From Dehalococcoidia bacterium (GTDB taxonomy: Bacteria > Chloroflexota > Dehalococcoidia > DSTF01 > JACRBR01), in NCBI GenBank assembly GCA_021731085.1, contig JAKFYB010000015.1, forward strand, positions 81,745 to 145,744: a DNA stretch of 64,000 nucleotides, in the 5' to 3' direction. Below the pieces are notes generated by a model. The model saw only the letters and a program-made list of their open reading frames with translations, searched no databases and was not told the origin of the DNA. The position numbers and the translations under genes were made by a program. Below are positions 18,690 to 28,277 of this stretch, piece after piece. Positions within the stretch are counted from its first letter, which is position 1. Each line of letters opens with the position of its first letter.

Positions 18690-20104
18690 CCGTCCTCCCA
18701 AAATCGTGACGACCCCGCTTGCGTCGCGAGCAGTTCGCGGACGTCGAGCATGGCGGTGTATGTGGGGATGATGTGCAGCGTCTCACCGACGGGCGTTGCG
18801 TCGAGCGCGCGTTGCAGCGCCGTCGCCGTGTTGCGCTCCGCATCGATCTCGTCGCCGAATCCAGCGTACTTCAGGCGCAGGGCCAGATCTTCGGCGCGCG
18901 TGCCCGCGGCGAGCACCCAGTCGGTCAGCGGCTGGACGATCTCGTAGTCGGCGTCCCAGATCCACGAGATGTCGCGGCCGTCGGCTATGCCGTCGTTGAG
19001 GAAGAAGAGGATGCGCTTTTGGCCGCCGTTCGCGGCGACGGTGCGCAACACTTGGTTGAGGCCGGTGGGGTTCTTGCCCAACAGTACGTGCACATCGCGT
19101 CCTTGCACGGCGAACCGCTCCTGCCGCCCGAACGCGGCGGAGAATCCTTCGAGGGCGGTCACCGTCGGGTTGCGCGCGAGGCTCATCGCAAGCGCTCCGC
19201 CGATCGCCGCAAGCGCGTTGTAGGCGTTGTAGAGGCCGGTCAGCGGAAGCACGACACGCATCTCGCCGGCCGGCAGCGCGATCTCCATCGACGTGGAGTC
19301 GTCGCCAAGTACGACGCGCGTGAGTTGGATGTCGGGCGTCGGGCGAGCGTTTCCACACGTTGCGCAGCGCCAATGACCGATGTGCCCGTAGAACGTCGCG
19401 GTGTACGACAGTTCCGCGCCGCAGTCCAAGCATGTGCGAAAGTCGGATGCATGGTCGATGGCATCGACACTCACGGATGTGTCTTCGACGCCGTAGTACA
19501 GAGTACGCCCGGCGTAGGCGCGCCCAAGGTGCGCCACGGCAGGGTCGTCTGCGTTGAGAACGATCGTCGGCGGTGAGCCTTGCTGCTTGGCGTTAGGTAG
19601 TTGCTCGCGCGCCAGCGCCGTCCCCCACGAACGCGCGACGGTGTCGACCTCGCCGTAGCGGTCGAGTTGGTCGCGAAACAGGTTCGTGAAGACGATGACC
19701 TTAGGGTGCACTTCGCGGGCAATCTCCGGAAGCGTAGCTTCATCGACTTCGAGGATGGCGATGCGCGTGGCGGGATCGGCGATTTCGCCCAAGAGCGAGG
19801 CCTCTTCGACGAGCATCGCCGCGACACCGCGCATCATGTTGCTGCCGCTGCGATTGTGTAGCGGCGCCAGGCCAGCCGCCGTGGCGATGCGGCTCATCAT
19901 GAGCGATGTCGTCGTCTTGCCGTTCGTGCCGGTGATTGCGATGGTGCCGGCGCCGGCCTGACCGACAAGGTCGCGCACGATGGCGGAATCCAGGCGCAGC
20001 GCCGCCAGCCCCGCAATCGCCGTGCCGCCACCGCGTCCAAACAGACGCGAGGCACGGCCAGCAGCCTTGCCCGCGAAGATGGCGGCGATCGTGCGGGGAT
20101 TCAT
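18686..20104 (-). CDS. murT: lipid II isoglutaminyl synthase Mur-ligase subunit
   Basis: Mur ligase central domain (GTNGKTTT), Cys4 ribbon CLDCG...CATCG, C-terminal DUF1727-like region. Confidence 0.85.
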   Translation of the reverse strand: MNPRTIAAIFAGKAAGRASRLFGRGGGTAIAGLAALRLDSAIVRDLVGQAGAGTIAITGTNGKTTTSLMMSRIATAAGLAPLHNRSGSNMMRGVAAMLVEEASLLGEIADPATRIAILEVDEATLPEIAREVHPKVIVFTNLFRDQLDRYGEVDTVARSWGTALAREQLPNAKQQGSPPTIVLNADDPAVAHLGRAYAGRTLYYGVEDTSVSVDAIDHASDFRTCLDCGAELSYTATFYGHIGHWRCATCGNARPTPDIQLTRVVLGDDSTSMEIALPAGEMRVVLPLTGLYNAYNALAAIGGALAMSLARNPTVTALEGFSAAFGRQERFAVQGRDVHVLLGKNPTGLNQVLRTVAANGGQKRILFFLNDGIADGRDISWIWDADYEIVQPLTDWVLAAGTRAEDLALRLKYAGFGDEIDAERNTATALQRALDATPVGETLHIIPTYTAMLDVRELLATQAGSSRFWEDG

Positions 20105-20220
20105 TGGGACAGGTTACAAGCCTCCGCGAACATCCCGGTTCGCGGGGAGGAGGCTTGACGCATTGGCGGACTCGCGCCCTTACCATCGCTAAACTGCGGC
20201 CTGAACCCGGGAGAGCAGGA

Positions 20221-21516
20221 ATGTCCGAACAGGTGGCGTCAACAGGTCGGGAACGTCACGGGCCGCTGGATGGCATCCGTGGCCTCGCGATCCTGCTGGT
20301 GATCACATATCACGTCTGGCAACTCTGCACGCTCGGACGCTACTCGATTCCACAAAACGCGCTCGACCGCTTCGTGTTCACCGGCATGCAGGCGACATGG
20401 TTCGGCGTCGACCTGTTCTTCGCGCTATCCGGCTTCCTCATCACGCGCATTCTGCTCGAGACGAAGGGTGGCACGCACTACTTTCGCAACTTCTACGCGC
20501 GACGCGGCCTGAGGATTCTCCCGGCGTACTATGCTGTGCTGTTCGTCTCGATTTTCGTCTTGCCGCTCATCGTGATGACGCATCGCGCATTCTTTGATCT
20601 GGAGCCGCTGTTCGACCTCCAGGCCTGGTACTGGGTCCACCTCGAGAACTGGGTCATCGGCGTCCGCTGGTTGCGTCCGGAGACGGTGCCATTCCCGCCG
20701 CAGGGGCACCTTTGGTCGTTGGCCGTCGAGGAGCAGTTCTACCTCATCTGGCCGGCGGTGGTGCTGCTGTGCACACGGCGCTGGCTTCTTGTGGTGTGCC
20801 TTGTGTTGCTGGTGCAGTCCCTGTTCCTACGTTCGTACTTTGAGTGGTGGGCAAGCGCGAGTCTCGTGCGCAATGTAGACGTGTACTACATCACGCCGAC
20901 GCGCATCGACGGCCTTGTCGTCGGAGCGATGATCGCGCTGCTATCGACGGCGCCGGGGGGCATGGAAAAGATTCGCCGATGGGCGATGCCTGCGTTCGTC
21001 GCCGGCTGTGCTGCGACGTTTGCCGTTGTCTGGTACGAGCACGGATTTCAACTCGCGCAGCCGATGGTCCAGACGCTGGGCTACACATTCATCGCGCTGG
21101 TGTTCGGAGGCGTTGTGATGCTGGCGCTGGTTGCGCCGGCGCGCGGCTGGCTGGATCGATCTCTCGGCAATCCGCTGTTGGAGACATTTGGGAAGTACAG
21201 CTTCGCGATCTACCTCGTGCACCCGCTGGTGCTGTCGCTGTTGCACGAGCGGATGTGGGATGCCGGTGAGTTCCCCGTTATCGCTGGCTCGGCGCTCCCA
21301 GCGCTTGCAGCGTTCTGGTTCATCGTCGCGAGCACTTCCCTGAGCATCGCCTGGGTGATGTGGCGGGTTATTGAAAGCCCGGCCTTGAGCTTCAAGCGGC
21401 TGTTTCCCTACAGGAATCGCCCCAGCGCGACCGAAACGGATGCGGACGCATCTCCACCGCCGTCAGCGGCGGCGCTTGCATCGCCACCAGCGCCTGAAGC
21501 CGCACCGCCGATCTAG
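20221..21516 (+). CDS. acyltransferase family 3 membrane protein (OatA/OafA-like, no SGNH domain), Pro/Ala-rich C-terminal tail
   Basis: LDGIRGLAILLVITYH motif and multi-TM body; ATG at 20221 chosen; the track ORF is 5' over-extended into the murT promoter region. Confidence 0.8.
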   Translation: MSEQVASTGRERHGPLDGIRGLAILLVITYHVWQLCTLGRYSIPQNALDRFVFTGMQATWFGVDLFFALSGFLITRILLETKGGTHYFRNFYARRGLRILPAYYAVLFVSIFVLPLIVMTHRAFFDLEPLFDLQAWYWVHLENWVIGVRWLRPETVPFPPQGHLWSLAVEEQFYLIWPAVVLLCTRRWLLVVCLVLLVQSLFLRSYFEWWASASLVRNVDVYYITPTRIDGLVVGAMIALLSTAPGGMEKIRRWAMPAFVAGCAATFAVVWYEHGFQLAQPMVQTLGYTFIALVFGGVVMLALVAPARGWLDRSLGNPLLETFGKYSFAIYLVHPLVLSLLHERMWDAGEFPVIAGSALPALAAFWFIVASTSLSIAWVMWRVIESPALSFKRLFPYRNRPSATETDADASPPPSAAALASPPAPEAAPPI

Positions 21517-22298
21517 TGCATTTCCTGGCCGCCGGAGATGTTGATCGCCTGACCTGTCATGTAGTCGGCGTCGTCGCTGGCGAGAAAGGTGATGACCTTG
21601 GCGACGTCCGCGGGATAACCGACACGGCCCAGCGGGATCGTCGGGAGTGCGCGCTTCGTCGCCTCAGTGAACTGCTCGTCCGTGAGGTTCAGTCCCATCT
21701 CGGCGCCGCGTAGGAGAGGCGTGTCGATCGTGCCGGGACAGACGCAGTTAACATTGATCTTGTGCGCGCCGACCTCTTTCGCGAAGGCCTGCGTGAAGAG
21801 AATGACGCCGGCCTTCGAAGCGCAATAGGGCGTAAGCATCGCGAAGCCACTCTTGCCGGCCTGCGACGAGACGCTGATGATCCTACCGCCGCCCCCCTGC
21901 TTGATGAACTGCTTCGCCGCTAGCTTCGAGCAGAGAAAGACCGATTTCAGGTTGACGGCGATCGTCTTGTCCCACGCCTCCTCCGGCATGTCGATGATGC
22001 CGATCGTCGGATTGCCGATGCCGGCGTTGTTCACGAGGATGTCGAGCCGGCCGAACTTCTCGATCGTCGCGTCGAAGAAGCGCTGGACGTCACCGCTGTT
22101 GCTGACGTCGCCCTGGAGTTTGATGTACTCAACGCCGGTGCCGCTCTCGTCAAGTAGTGATGAAGTTTCATCGAGGTGCGATTGTTCGAGGTCCACGAGC
22201 GCCAGCTTGGCACCCTCCTGTGCGTAGCGAAGCGCGACGCCTTGCCCGATGCCCCGCCCGCCGCCGGTGATGATGGCGACCCTGTCCTTCAACAACAT
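21513..22298 (-). CDS. SDR family oxidoreductase (FabG-like)
   Basis: ITGGGRGIG, NNAG, YxxxK (YCASK). Confidence 0.85.
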   Translation of the reverse strand: MLLKDRVAIITGGGRGIGQGVALRYAQEGAKLALVDLEQSHLDETSSLLDESGTGVEYIKLQGDVSNSGDVQRFFDATIEKFGRLDILVNNAGIGNPTIGIIDMPEEAWDKTIAVNLKSVFLCSKLAAKQFIKQGGGGRIISVSSQAGKSGFAMLTPYCASKAGVILFTQAFAKEVGAHKINVNCVCPGTIDTPLLRGAEMGLNLTDEQFTEATKRALPTIPLGRVGYPADVAKVITFLASDDADYMTGQAINISGGQEMH

Positions 22299-22508
22299 CT
22301 GTTACTCCTCTGACTCCGTATCTTCCTGCGGCAGTAGTGTTCGGCCCACGGCACCGTAGGACAAGGGAGCACGAGGCGCCGCTGTTCGCTTGTCAGATGT
22401 TGATCGGGCATCATTTAAGCACTAGCGTCGCCCCGTTCATCCACAGCAGGAGCAGCCGCACTGGAATCGCTCGCGTACAACACGTTCCTCATCTCGTGCG
22501 CGCTCGCC

Positions 22509-23348
22509 GTGATCGCGTCCGCCCTCTATCTCGCGATACCGCTGTGGCCGCGCGTTTCATACGGCGCCTCCGCCGAGACGACGACGGGCGCCCGTGTTGC
22601 GATCGCTGGCGGCAGCGAACCACCTTCGTGGCTCGCCCCTGCCGCGACGTTCACGTCATGGCTATTGCTTGCCGTACTGACTATTTCGCTAGTCGCACGC
22701 TGGTCTGCGACGGGTCACCCGCCCTACGCCAACATGTACGAGTACACGATCGCGCTCGGCTGGGGTTGCACCGGCGTGTACGTGATCTTCGAGCGCGCAT
22801 TTGGGCAGCGGGCGATCGGGGCGGTGCTGTTTCCTGGCATCACCCTGCTGTTCCTGACGTCCCTGCTGTTCTTCCCCCCCGAAGTAACGCCGCTCATTCC
22901 CGCGCTGCAGGCGAACCGAATTCTCGGCATTCACGTCGGGATGATGATGGCGTCGTACAGTGCGCTCTCCGTGTCGTTCGGCGCTGCGGTGCTCTATCTC
23001 GTGCAAGATGGCAAGCGGCGATTCGCGCGCCTGCCGTCGGGCGCGAAGCTCGAGGAAGTCGCACACACGTCGGTGCTTGTTGGCTTCCCGATGCTCGCGC
23101 TTGGCATCGCACTGGGGGCGTGGTGGGCGAACGACGCCTGGGGACGGTACTGGGGCTGGGATCCAAAGGAGACGTCGGCGCTGGTGACGTGGCTTATCTA
23201 TGCGGGCTATCTGCATGCGCGTGGACTTCGCGGGTGGAAGGGCAAGCGCTCTGCGTGGCTGTTAATCGTCGGGTACGTCGCCGTCCTCTTCACATACTTC
23301 GCCGTGAACCTGTGGGTTAGCGGCCTACACTCATACGCGGGTGTGTAG
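22509..23348 (+). CDS. ccsA: cytochrome c-type biogenesis protein CcsA/ResC family (haem export/handling)
   Basis: Trp-rich WANDAWGRYWGWDPKE motif, 8 TM; GTG start; no ccsB/resB adjacent. Confidence 0.8.
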   Translation: MIASALYLAIPLWPRVSYGASAETTTGARVAIAGGSEPPSWLAPAATFTSWLLLAVLTISLVARWSATGHPPYANMYEYTIALGWGCTGVYVIFERAFGQRAIGAVLFPGITLLFLTSLLFFPPEVTPLIPALQANRILGIHVGMMMASYSALSVSFGAAVLYLVQDGKRRFARLPSGAKLEEVAHTSVLVGFPMLALGIALGAWWANDAWGRYWGWDPKETSALVTWLIYAGYLHARGLRGWKGKRSAWLLIVGYVAVLFTYFAVNLWVSGLHSYAGV

Positions 23349-23392
23349 TCTTCACCCAGGGCGCAGGCACCGGCGACGCAATCGATGAGAAC

Positions 23393-23418
23393 GCGCGGGC
23401 TTTTCAGCCCGCGCTCCG
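23393..23418 (+). repeat. REP-like hairpin repeat copy 3
   Basis: GCGCGGGCTTTTCAGCCCGCGCTCCG. Confidence 0.7.
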
Positions 23419-23525
23419 CAATTTTGTTTGCGCTGCACCAGCGTGGCCATCTTCGCGGGCGGAAGCAGCGCCCTACTCCGGGCCTCCTTCTCGCTACGCA
23501 AATGACTGAATTGGCGCACGACGAA

Positions 23526-23550
23526 CGCGGGCTGGAAAGCCCGCGCTCCG
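23526..23550 (+). repeat. REP-like hairpin repeat copy 4
   Basis: CGCGGGCTGGAAAGCCCGCGCTCCG; pairs with copy 3, 130 bp away, between the convergent ccsA and VOC genes. Confidence 0.7.
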
Positions 23551-23588
23551 TACACCTCGGCCGTGCGCGAGCCAGAACGTACTCAATG

Positions 23589-24026
23589 CTATGGCAAGGG
23601 CGGGCGGCTCTTCCGCGCCTCGTCCACCGGACTCTGGAAGCCAACGAGATTCCCGTCCGGATCCCGCATCTCCGCATATCGTGCGCCCCAGAACGCGTCG
23701 ATCGGCGCAAGATGCGGCGGGTAGCCGGCCTGTGCCAGCTTCGTGAACATTGCGTCAACGGCGTCTCGCGACTCGAGGCCAATCTGCAACGCTGTCGAAC
23801 CACCGCCGGGAGGTTCGACGAAGCCGGGGTCGTAGCCTCGCGTGAGGCGATAGCTGCCGATCTCCAGCGCTGCGCGGTCACCGTCGGCGCGTGCGAAATC
23901 CTCGACGACGGATGAAAACTGCAGTCCAGCGAGCCGATAGAACGCTACGGATGCGGCGACGTCACGCACAAACAAGTGAATCCCACGAAGCACGGGGCAC
24001 CTCCAGAACGTGAACTCTACCGCCAT
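23589..24026 (-). CDS. VOC/glyoxalase-bleomycin resistance family protein
   Basis: Start taken at internal MAVEFTFW...IHLFVRDVAASVAFY; the track ORF begins with TTG 50 codons upstream. Confidence 0.55.
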   Translation of the reverse strand: MAVEFTFWRCPVLRGIHLFVRDVAASVAFYRLAGLQFSSVVEDFARADGDRAALEIGSYRLTRGYDPGFVEPPGGGSTALQIGLESRDAVDAMFTKLAQAGYPPHLAPIDAFWGARYAEMRDPDGNLVGFQSPVDEARKSRPPLP

Positions 24027-24208
24027 TGCGTAGGTGTCAGCACCCGGATGACGCCAAAATGTCTCCTTTGGTTTTTGCTGTTTGCTGCGCGACGCGCCGA
24101 AGATGTAATCAAACGGCAACCCGCCGTCATGGACGCGCCGCCACACGATGGATCGCCAGCGGCTACAATCGTCCAAACCGGCGGGTGCTGCCGGTGGAGG
24201 GCGTGACG

Positions 24209-24964
24209 ATGCTGATCGAGCAGCGCGTGCACGAGCTGAAGGCCATCATCGCTGGCAACGACGGCCACAACGCTGCCGACGGCCGGTTCGCGCGCGCCGT
24301 CGATGAGTTGCTCTCAGCGGTGTACGACGACATCGGTACGGTCAGCAGTCTTCCGGTGCGCGCGCTTTTCGACCTCTTCGTGATCAAGGTGCTGTACGTC
24401 GGGCGGCAATCGCGTGACGCCGCGATCATCGACTACATCGGCAGCCTGCTTGAGGCGTACATCGATGCTCGAAAGCTGTTCCCTGACGACGAGCATGGCA
24501 GTCCGCGGCGCCTGTACTACAGCGACATGCTCGATCCAGAGAAGCACCCTCGCGACGAGCCCGACGTGTACGAGGCTTATCGCCGCTATGCAGACAGCGC
24601 GCTCTTTCTCAGCGGCGTCTTTCCGTCGTCCCTCACCCCGCGTTCTCGCCCGAAGACGCACCTACGGCGCCGCACGTCGTCGACCGTCGACTCCGCGTAC
24701 TATGTCGCGACCGGCAAGCAGATGTACCGCATGGCGGCCGAGCACCACCACAACGAGTGCGAGCACGCGCCGCGAACGCTGGCGATGCTCGGCGACAACT
24801 TCGAACTCTACGCTGACGCGCTGAATGAGGTGAGTGAGCGATACATCACCGGCTTCGACTTTGGCCTCATCGCCGACAAGATGCTCGACGCGATGAACGC
24901 CGGCGAGCCGGCGGCGGCGGCCCGCTACGGGAGTCTGCTCCGCCTGGACCGCGATCCCTCTTAG
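24209..24964 (+). CDS. hypothetical protein (251 aa)
   Basis: GGAGGG RBS before ATG 24209; His/Cys-rich patch HHHNECEH; no family recognised. Confidence 0.5.
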   Translation: MLIEQRVHELKAIIAGNDGHNAADGRFARAVDELLSAVYDDIGTVSSLPVRALFDLFVIKVLYVGRQSRDAAIIDYIGSLLEAYIDARKLFPDDEHGSPRRLYYSDMLDPEKHPRDEPDVYEAYRRYADSALFLSGVFPSSLTPRSRPKTHLRRRTSSTVDSAYYVATGKQMYRMAAEHHHNECEHAPRTLAMLGDNFELYADALNEVSERYITGFDFGLIADKMLDAMNAGEPAAAARYGSLLRLDRDPS

Positions 24965-25108
24965 CGCACAACCTACGCTCTCGATCGGCGACGTACCGCC
25001 ACAGCTTCCTGCTCGCTAGGATTTCCTCGCAGTCGCCCAAACCAACGACTGCCGGCGTGGGCTGACGCCCGCGCTTCGTACTTAGGACTGACGAACGAGG
25101 ACTCCAGT

Positions 25109-25978
25109 ATGGCCGTAAACGCCCCCAGCCATCACTACACGACCGTCAACGGCGTGAAGCTCCATTACGTCCGGATGGGCGCCGGGGAGCCGCTGCTGCT
25201 CATCCACGGCTGGCCGGGGTTTTGGTACGAGTGGCACCTGAACATCGGGCCGCTGGCCGAACACTACGACGTCATCGTGCCGGACATGCGTGGCTTCGCG
25301 TACTCGGACAAGCCCGACGCGCCACCGATGGAGGCCTACACCGATACGCACTTCGCCGAGGACATCAAGGGCTTCATCGACTTTTATCACTTCGACCAGG
25401 TGCGCATCGTCTCACACGACTTCGGCGCAATCTGGACGCAGAAGTTTGCGCGCCTGTACCCGGAGCGACTGCGTAAGCTGATGCTGTTCGATCCGCCGTA
25501 CCCCGGGATCGGCGCGCGCTGGTTCCAGCTCCCGCACACCCTGCACACGTGGTATCAGCTTTTTCACCAACTGCAGCTGGCGGAAGACCTCGTCGGTTCG
25601 AGTCCGAAGGCGACCGAGATATACCTGCGCCACTTCCTGTCCGCGTGGTCGCACGACAAGGAGTTGTGGCAGGACGAAGAGATCGCCGCGTACGTCGAGG
25701 CGTACTCGCAGGCGGGCGCGCTGCGTGGTGGTTTCAACTGCTACAGAGCGGCGCTCGCGGGTGGTGCATTCAGCGCGGGCGGCACCGCGAAAGTGACGAC
25801 GCCGACGCGGGTGCTATGGGGCACGCGAGACTCGATCATTCCCTTCGAGTGGTCAGACAACCTGGGCGACACCTTCGAGAACTTCGACTTAAAGAAAATC
25901 GAAGATGTCGGGCACTTCATGATGCGCGAGGCCTCAGACCGCATCAACGCCGAGATTCTCGAATTCATGGCGGACTGA
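25109..25978 (+). CDS. alpha/beta hydrolase (epoxide hydrolase/haloalkane dehalogenase-like)
   Basis: HGWPGFWYEW oxyanion-hole motif, nucleophile SHDFG, C-terminal His. Confidence 0.8.
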   Translation: MAVNAPSHHYTTVNGVKLHYVRMGAGEPLLLIHGWPGFWYEWHLNIGPLAEHYDVIVPDMRGFAYSDKPDAPPMEAYTDTHFAEDIKGFIDFYHFDQVRIVSHDFGAIWTQKFARLYPERLRKLMLFDPPYPGIGARWFQLPHTLHTWYQLFHQLQLAEDLVGSSPKATEIYLRHFLSAWSHDKELWQDEEIAAYVEAYSQAGALRGGFNCYRAALAGGAFSAGGTAKVTTPTRVLWGTRDSIIPFEWSDNLGDTFENFDLKKIEDVGHFMMREASDRINAEILEFMAD

Positions 25979-25981
25979 CGG

Positions 25982-26548
25982 ATGACGACCGACGGCACCC
26001 AAACGATCACGCTGCACCTCGTCCGTCACGGCGAAACCGCCTTCAACGCCGAGCGCCGCTTCCAGACGCCCGACGTGCCGCTCAGCGAAAACGGTCGCGC
26101 GCAGGCCGCCGCCGTCGCTGAAGTGCTCGCCGAGAAGGCTGCCGGCGCAACACTCATCTTGGCCAGCGACCACGAGCGCACACATGAGACCGCCCGCATC
26201 ATCGCCGCCCGCCTCGACCTGCCGATCATGCTCGAACCGGCGCTCCGCGAACGCCACTTTGGCACCGCCCGCGGCCGTCTCTACTCCGAGTACAGCGAGG
26301 CCGAAGCGCAGAAGATGTGGCACGACCCGCACTATCGGTCCGAGGGTGGTGAGTCCTGGGCTGATGTCTTCGAGCGAGTCAAAGCACTGCTAGATCGGTT
26401 GCGCCAGTCGCCGCCGGCGCCCGAGTTCATCTGTGTCTCGCACGGCGGAGCGATGGGCGTCGCATTGCAGCACCTGGCCGGTGAATCGATAGATGACTTC
26501 AAGCTGCAGGGACTGGAGAACTGTGCACACCGCGTCGTGACGCTCTAG
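25982..26548 (+). CDS. histidine phosphatase family protein (phosphoglycerate mutase-like)
   Basis: LVRHGET N-terminal RHG motif, second His in VSHGG. Confidence 0.8.
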   Translation: MTTDGTQTITLHLVRHGETAFNAERRFQTPDVPLSENGRAQAAAVAEVLAEKAAGATLILASDHERTHETARIIAARLDLPIMLEPALRERHFGTARGRLYSEYSEAEAQKMWHDPHYRSEGGESWADVFERVKALLDRLRQSPPAPEFICVSHGGAMGVALQHLAGESIDDFKLQGLENCAHRVVTL

Positions 26549-26554
26549 GTTCGC

Positions 26555-28123
26555 CTACAGATCATCCTGTGGATGCCCGTGCGTCTTCCGCAGCTCCGTC
26601 TTCAGCACCTTGCCCATCGGGTTGCGCGGCAGTTCGGCGACGACGGCGTAATACGCGGGCGCCTTGTAGCTCGCCAGCTTCTCCTTCACGTACGCGGTCA
26701 GAGCAAGCGGATCGATCTTGGCACCCTGCTCCGGCACGAGGATCGCCTTAATCACCTCGCCCCACTCGACGTCCGGGACGCCGATCACGGCGGCTTCCTC
26801 GACGGTGTCGTGTCCCTCGAGAACAGCCTCAATTTCGCCGGTGGAGATGTTCTCACCACCACGGATGATCAGGTCCTTTTTACGGCCGGTGATGAAGAGG
26901 TAGCCATCTTCGTCGAGGTAGCCGACGTCGCCCGTGTGCAACCAGCCGTCCTGGATCGCCGCGGAGGTCGCCTCTGCCTGCTTGTGGTACTCCGACATGA
27001 TGCGCGAGCCCATGACGCAGATCTCGCCCTCCTCGCCGGCGGGCAGCGTGTTGTTGTCGGGATCCATGATCGCAATGACGATGTCATCCATGCCACGGCC
27101 GACGGATCGCAGGCGGTGCAGCTTCTTCTCGCGCTCCGGGCCCGGCTCCTTCGGGATGTTGTGGTCGTCGGGGCCGAGAAACGTCATCGTCGACGTGGAC
27201 TCGGTCTGGCCGTAAGCGTTCATCAGGCCGCACGAAAACACATCGACGGCCTTGCTCACGACCTCGTACGGCATCGGCGCCGCGCCGTACGTGATGAGCT
27301 TGAGCGACGAGAGGTCGTACTTCGAGAAGTCCGGGTGGTCCATGATCCGCTTGAGCATCGTCGGCACGACGAAGCTGTGCGTGACCTTCTCCTTTTCGAC
27401 GGCCTTCATCCACAGCTCGGGATCGAACTGCGGCAGGATGGCGAGCGTGCGCCCGCCCCAGACGGACGACATGATCGGCGTCACGCCGGCGACGTGGAAA
27501 ATGGGCACGGACAGCAACGTCACGTCCGGCGCCTCACCGGGATCGGCGGGCGACATCGTGTTCGTGACGTACACCGACAGGTTCAGGTACGAGAGCGCGA
27601 CGCCCTTCGGCACGGATGTCGTGCCCGATGTATAGATGAGGACGGTCGGGCGAGACTCGTCGACATCGACGAATGGCTCATCGGGACTGGCCGCCGCGAG
27701 GATGTCAGGAAGCCCCGGCATCCCCTCGACAGCCTTGTCGAAGCAGACGTAATGTTCGACGCTCGTCAGCGTGGGCTTCAGCGCCGCGACCAGGTCGAGA
27801 TAGCGCTTGCCGACGAACAGCACCGCCACGTCGGAGGTGTTGATCATGTAGGTCAGTTCTTCTTGCTTCGCGCGGTAGTTCAGCGGGACGAACGTCGCGC
27901 CTATCTTGGCGGCGGCGTAGTAGGCTTCGACGAACTCGACGCTGTTGGTAGACATAGCTCCGACCGGCTTGTCAGGCCCGGCGCCGACGCTCGCCAGCCA
28001 GTTCGCCAGCCGGTTCACGCGGTCGGCCATCTGTTCGAACGTCTCGCGCTTGTCGCCGCAGACCAGGGCCGTCCGATCGGGGACGACTGCAGATGTAATC
28101 TGCAGAAATTCAGCAGTGTTCAT
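26555..28123 (-). CDS. AMP-dependent acyl-CoA synthetase/ligase
   Basis: YTSGTTSVPKGV AMP-binding motif, 522 aa. Confidence 0.85.
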   Translation of the reverse strand: MNTAEFLQITSAVVPDRTALVCGDKRETFEQMADRVNRLANWLASVGAGPDKPVGAMSTNSVEFVEAYYAAAKIGATFVPLNYRAKQEELTYMINTSDVAVLFVGKRYLDLVAALKPTLTSVEHYVCFDKAVEGMPGLPDILAAASPDEPFVDVDESRPTVLIYTSGTTSVPKGVALSYLNLSVYVTNTMSPADPGEAPDVTLLSVPIFHVAGVTPIMSSVWGGRTLAILPQFDPELWMKAVEKEKVTHSFVVPTMLKRIMDHPDFSKYDLSSLKLITYGAAPMPYEVVSKAVDVFSCGLMNAYGQTESTSTMTFLGPDDHNIPKEPGPEREKKLHRLRSVGRGMDDIVIAIMDPDNNTLPAGEEGEICVMGSRIMSEYHKQAEATSAAIQDGWLHTGDVGYLDEDGYLFITGRKKDLIIRGGENISTGEIEAVLEGHDTVEEAAVIGVPDVEWGEVIKAILVPEQGAKIDPLALTAYVKEKLASYKAPAYYAVVAELPRNPMGKVLKTELRKTHGHPQDDL

Positions 28124-28277
28124 AGCCCAGAATCCCTCAACCCATGCTTGTTTGGTACGGGCGACAATCTAGCCGATCGCCGCAATAGCCGATAGCGCGC
28201 TGGTCAAGGATGCCCCAAGGCTTAGAGGAGGCCGCCCACGGGCGCCTCCTCTAACTCGATGCTTCTTGTGGCCAGCA

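Noticed and set aside
26573-28195. 540-aa plus-strand ORF
   Set aside because: It is antisense to the acyl-CoA synthetase gene, which has a clear AMP-binding motif.
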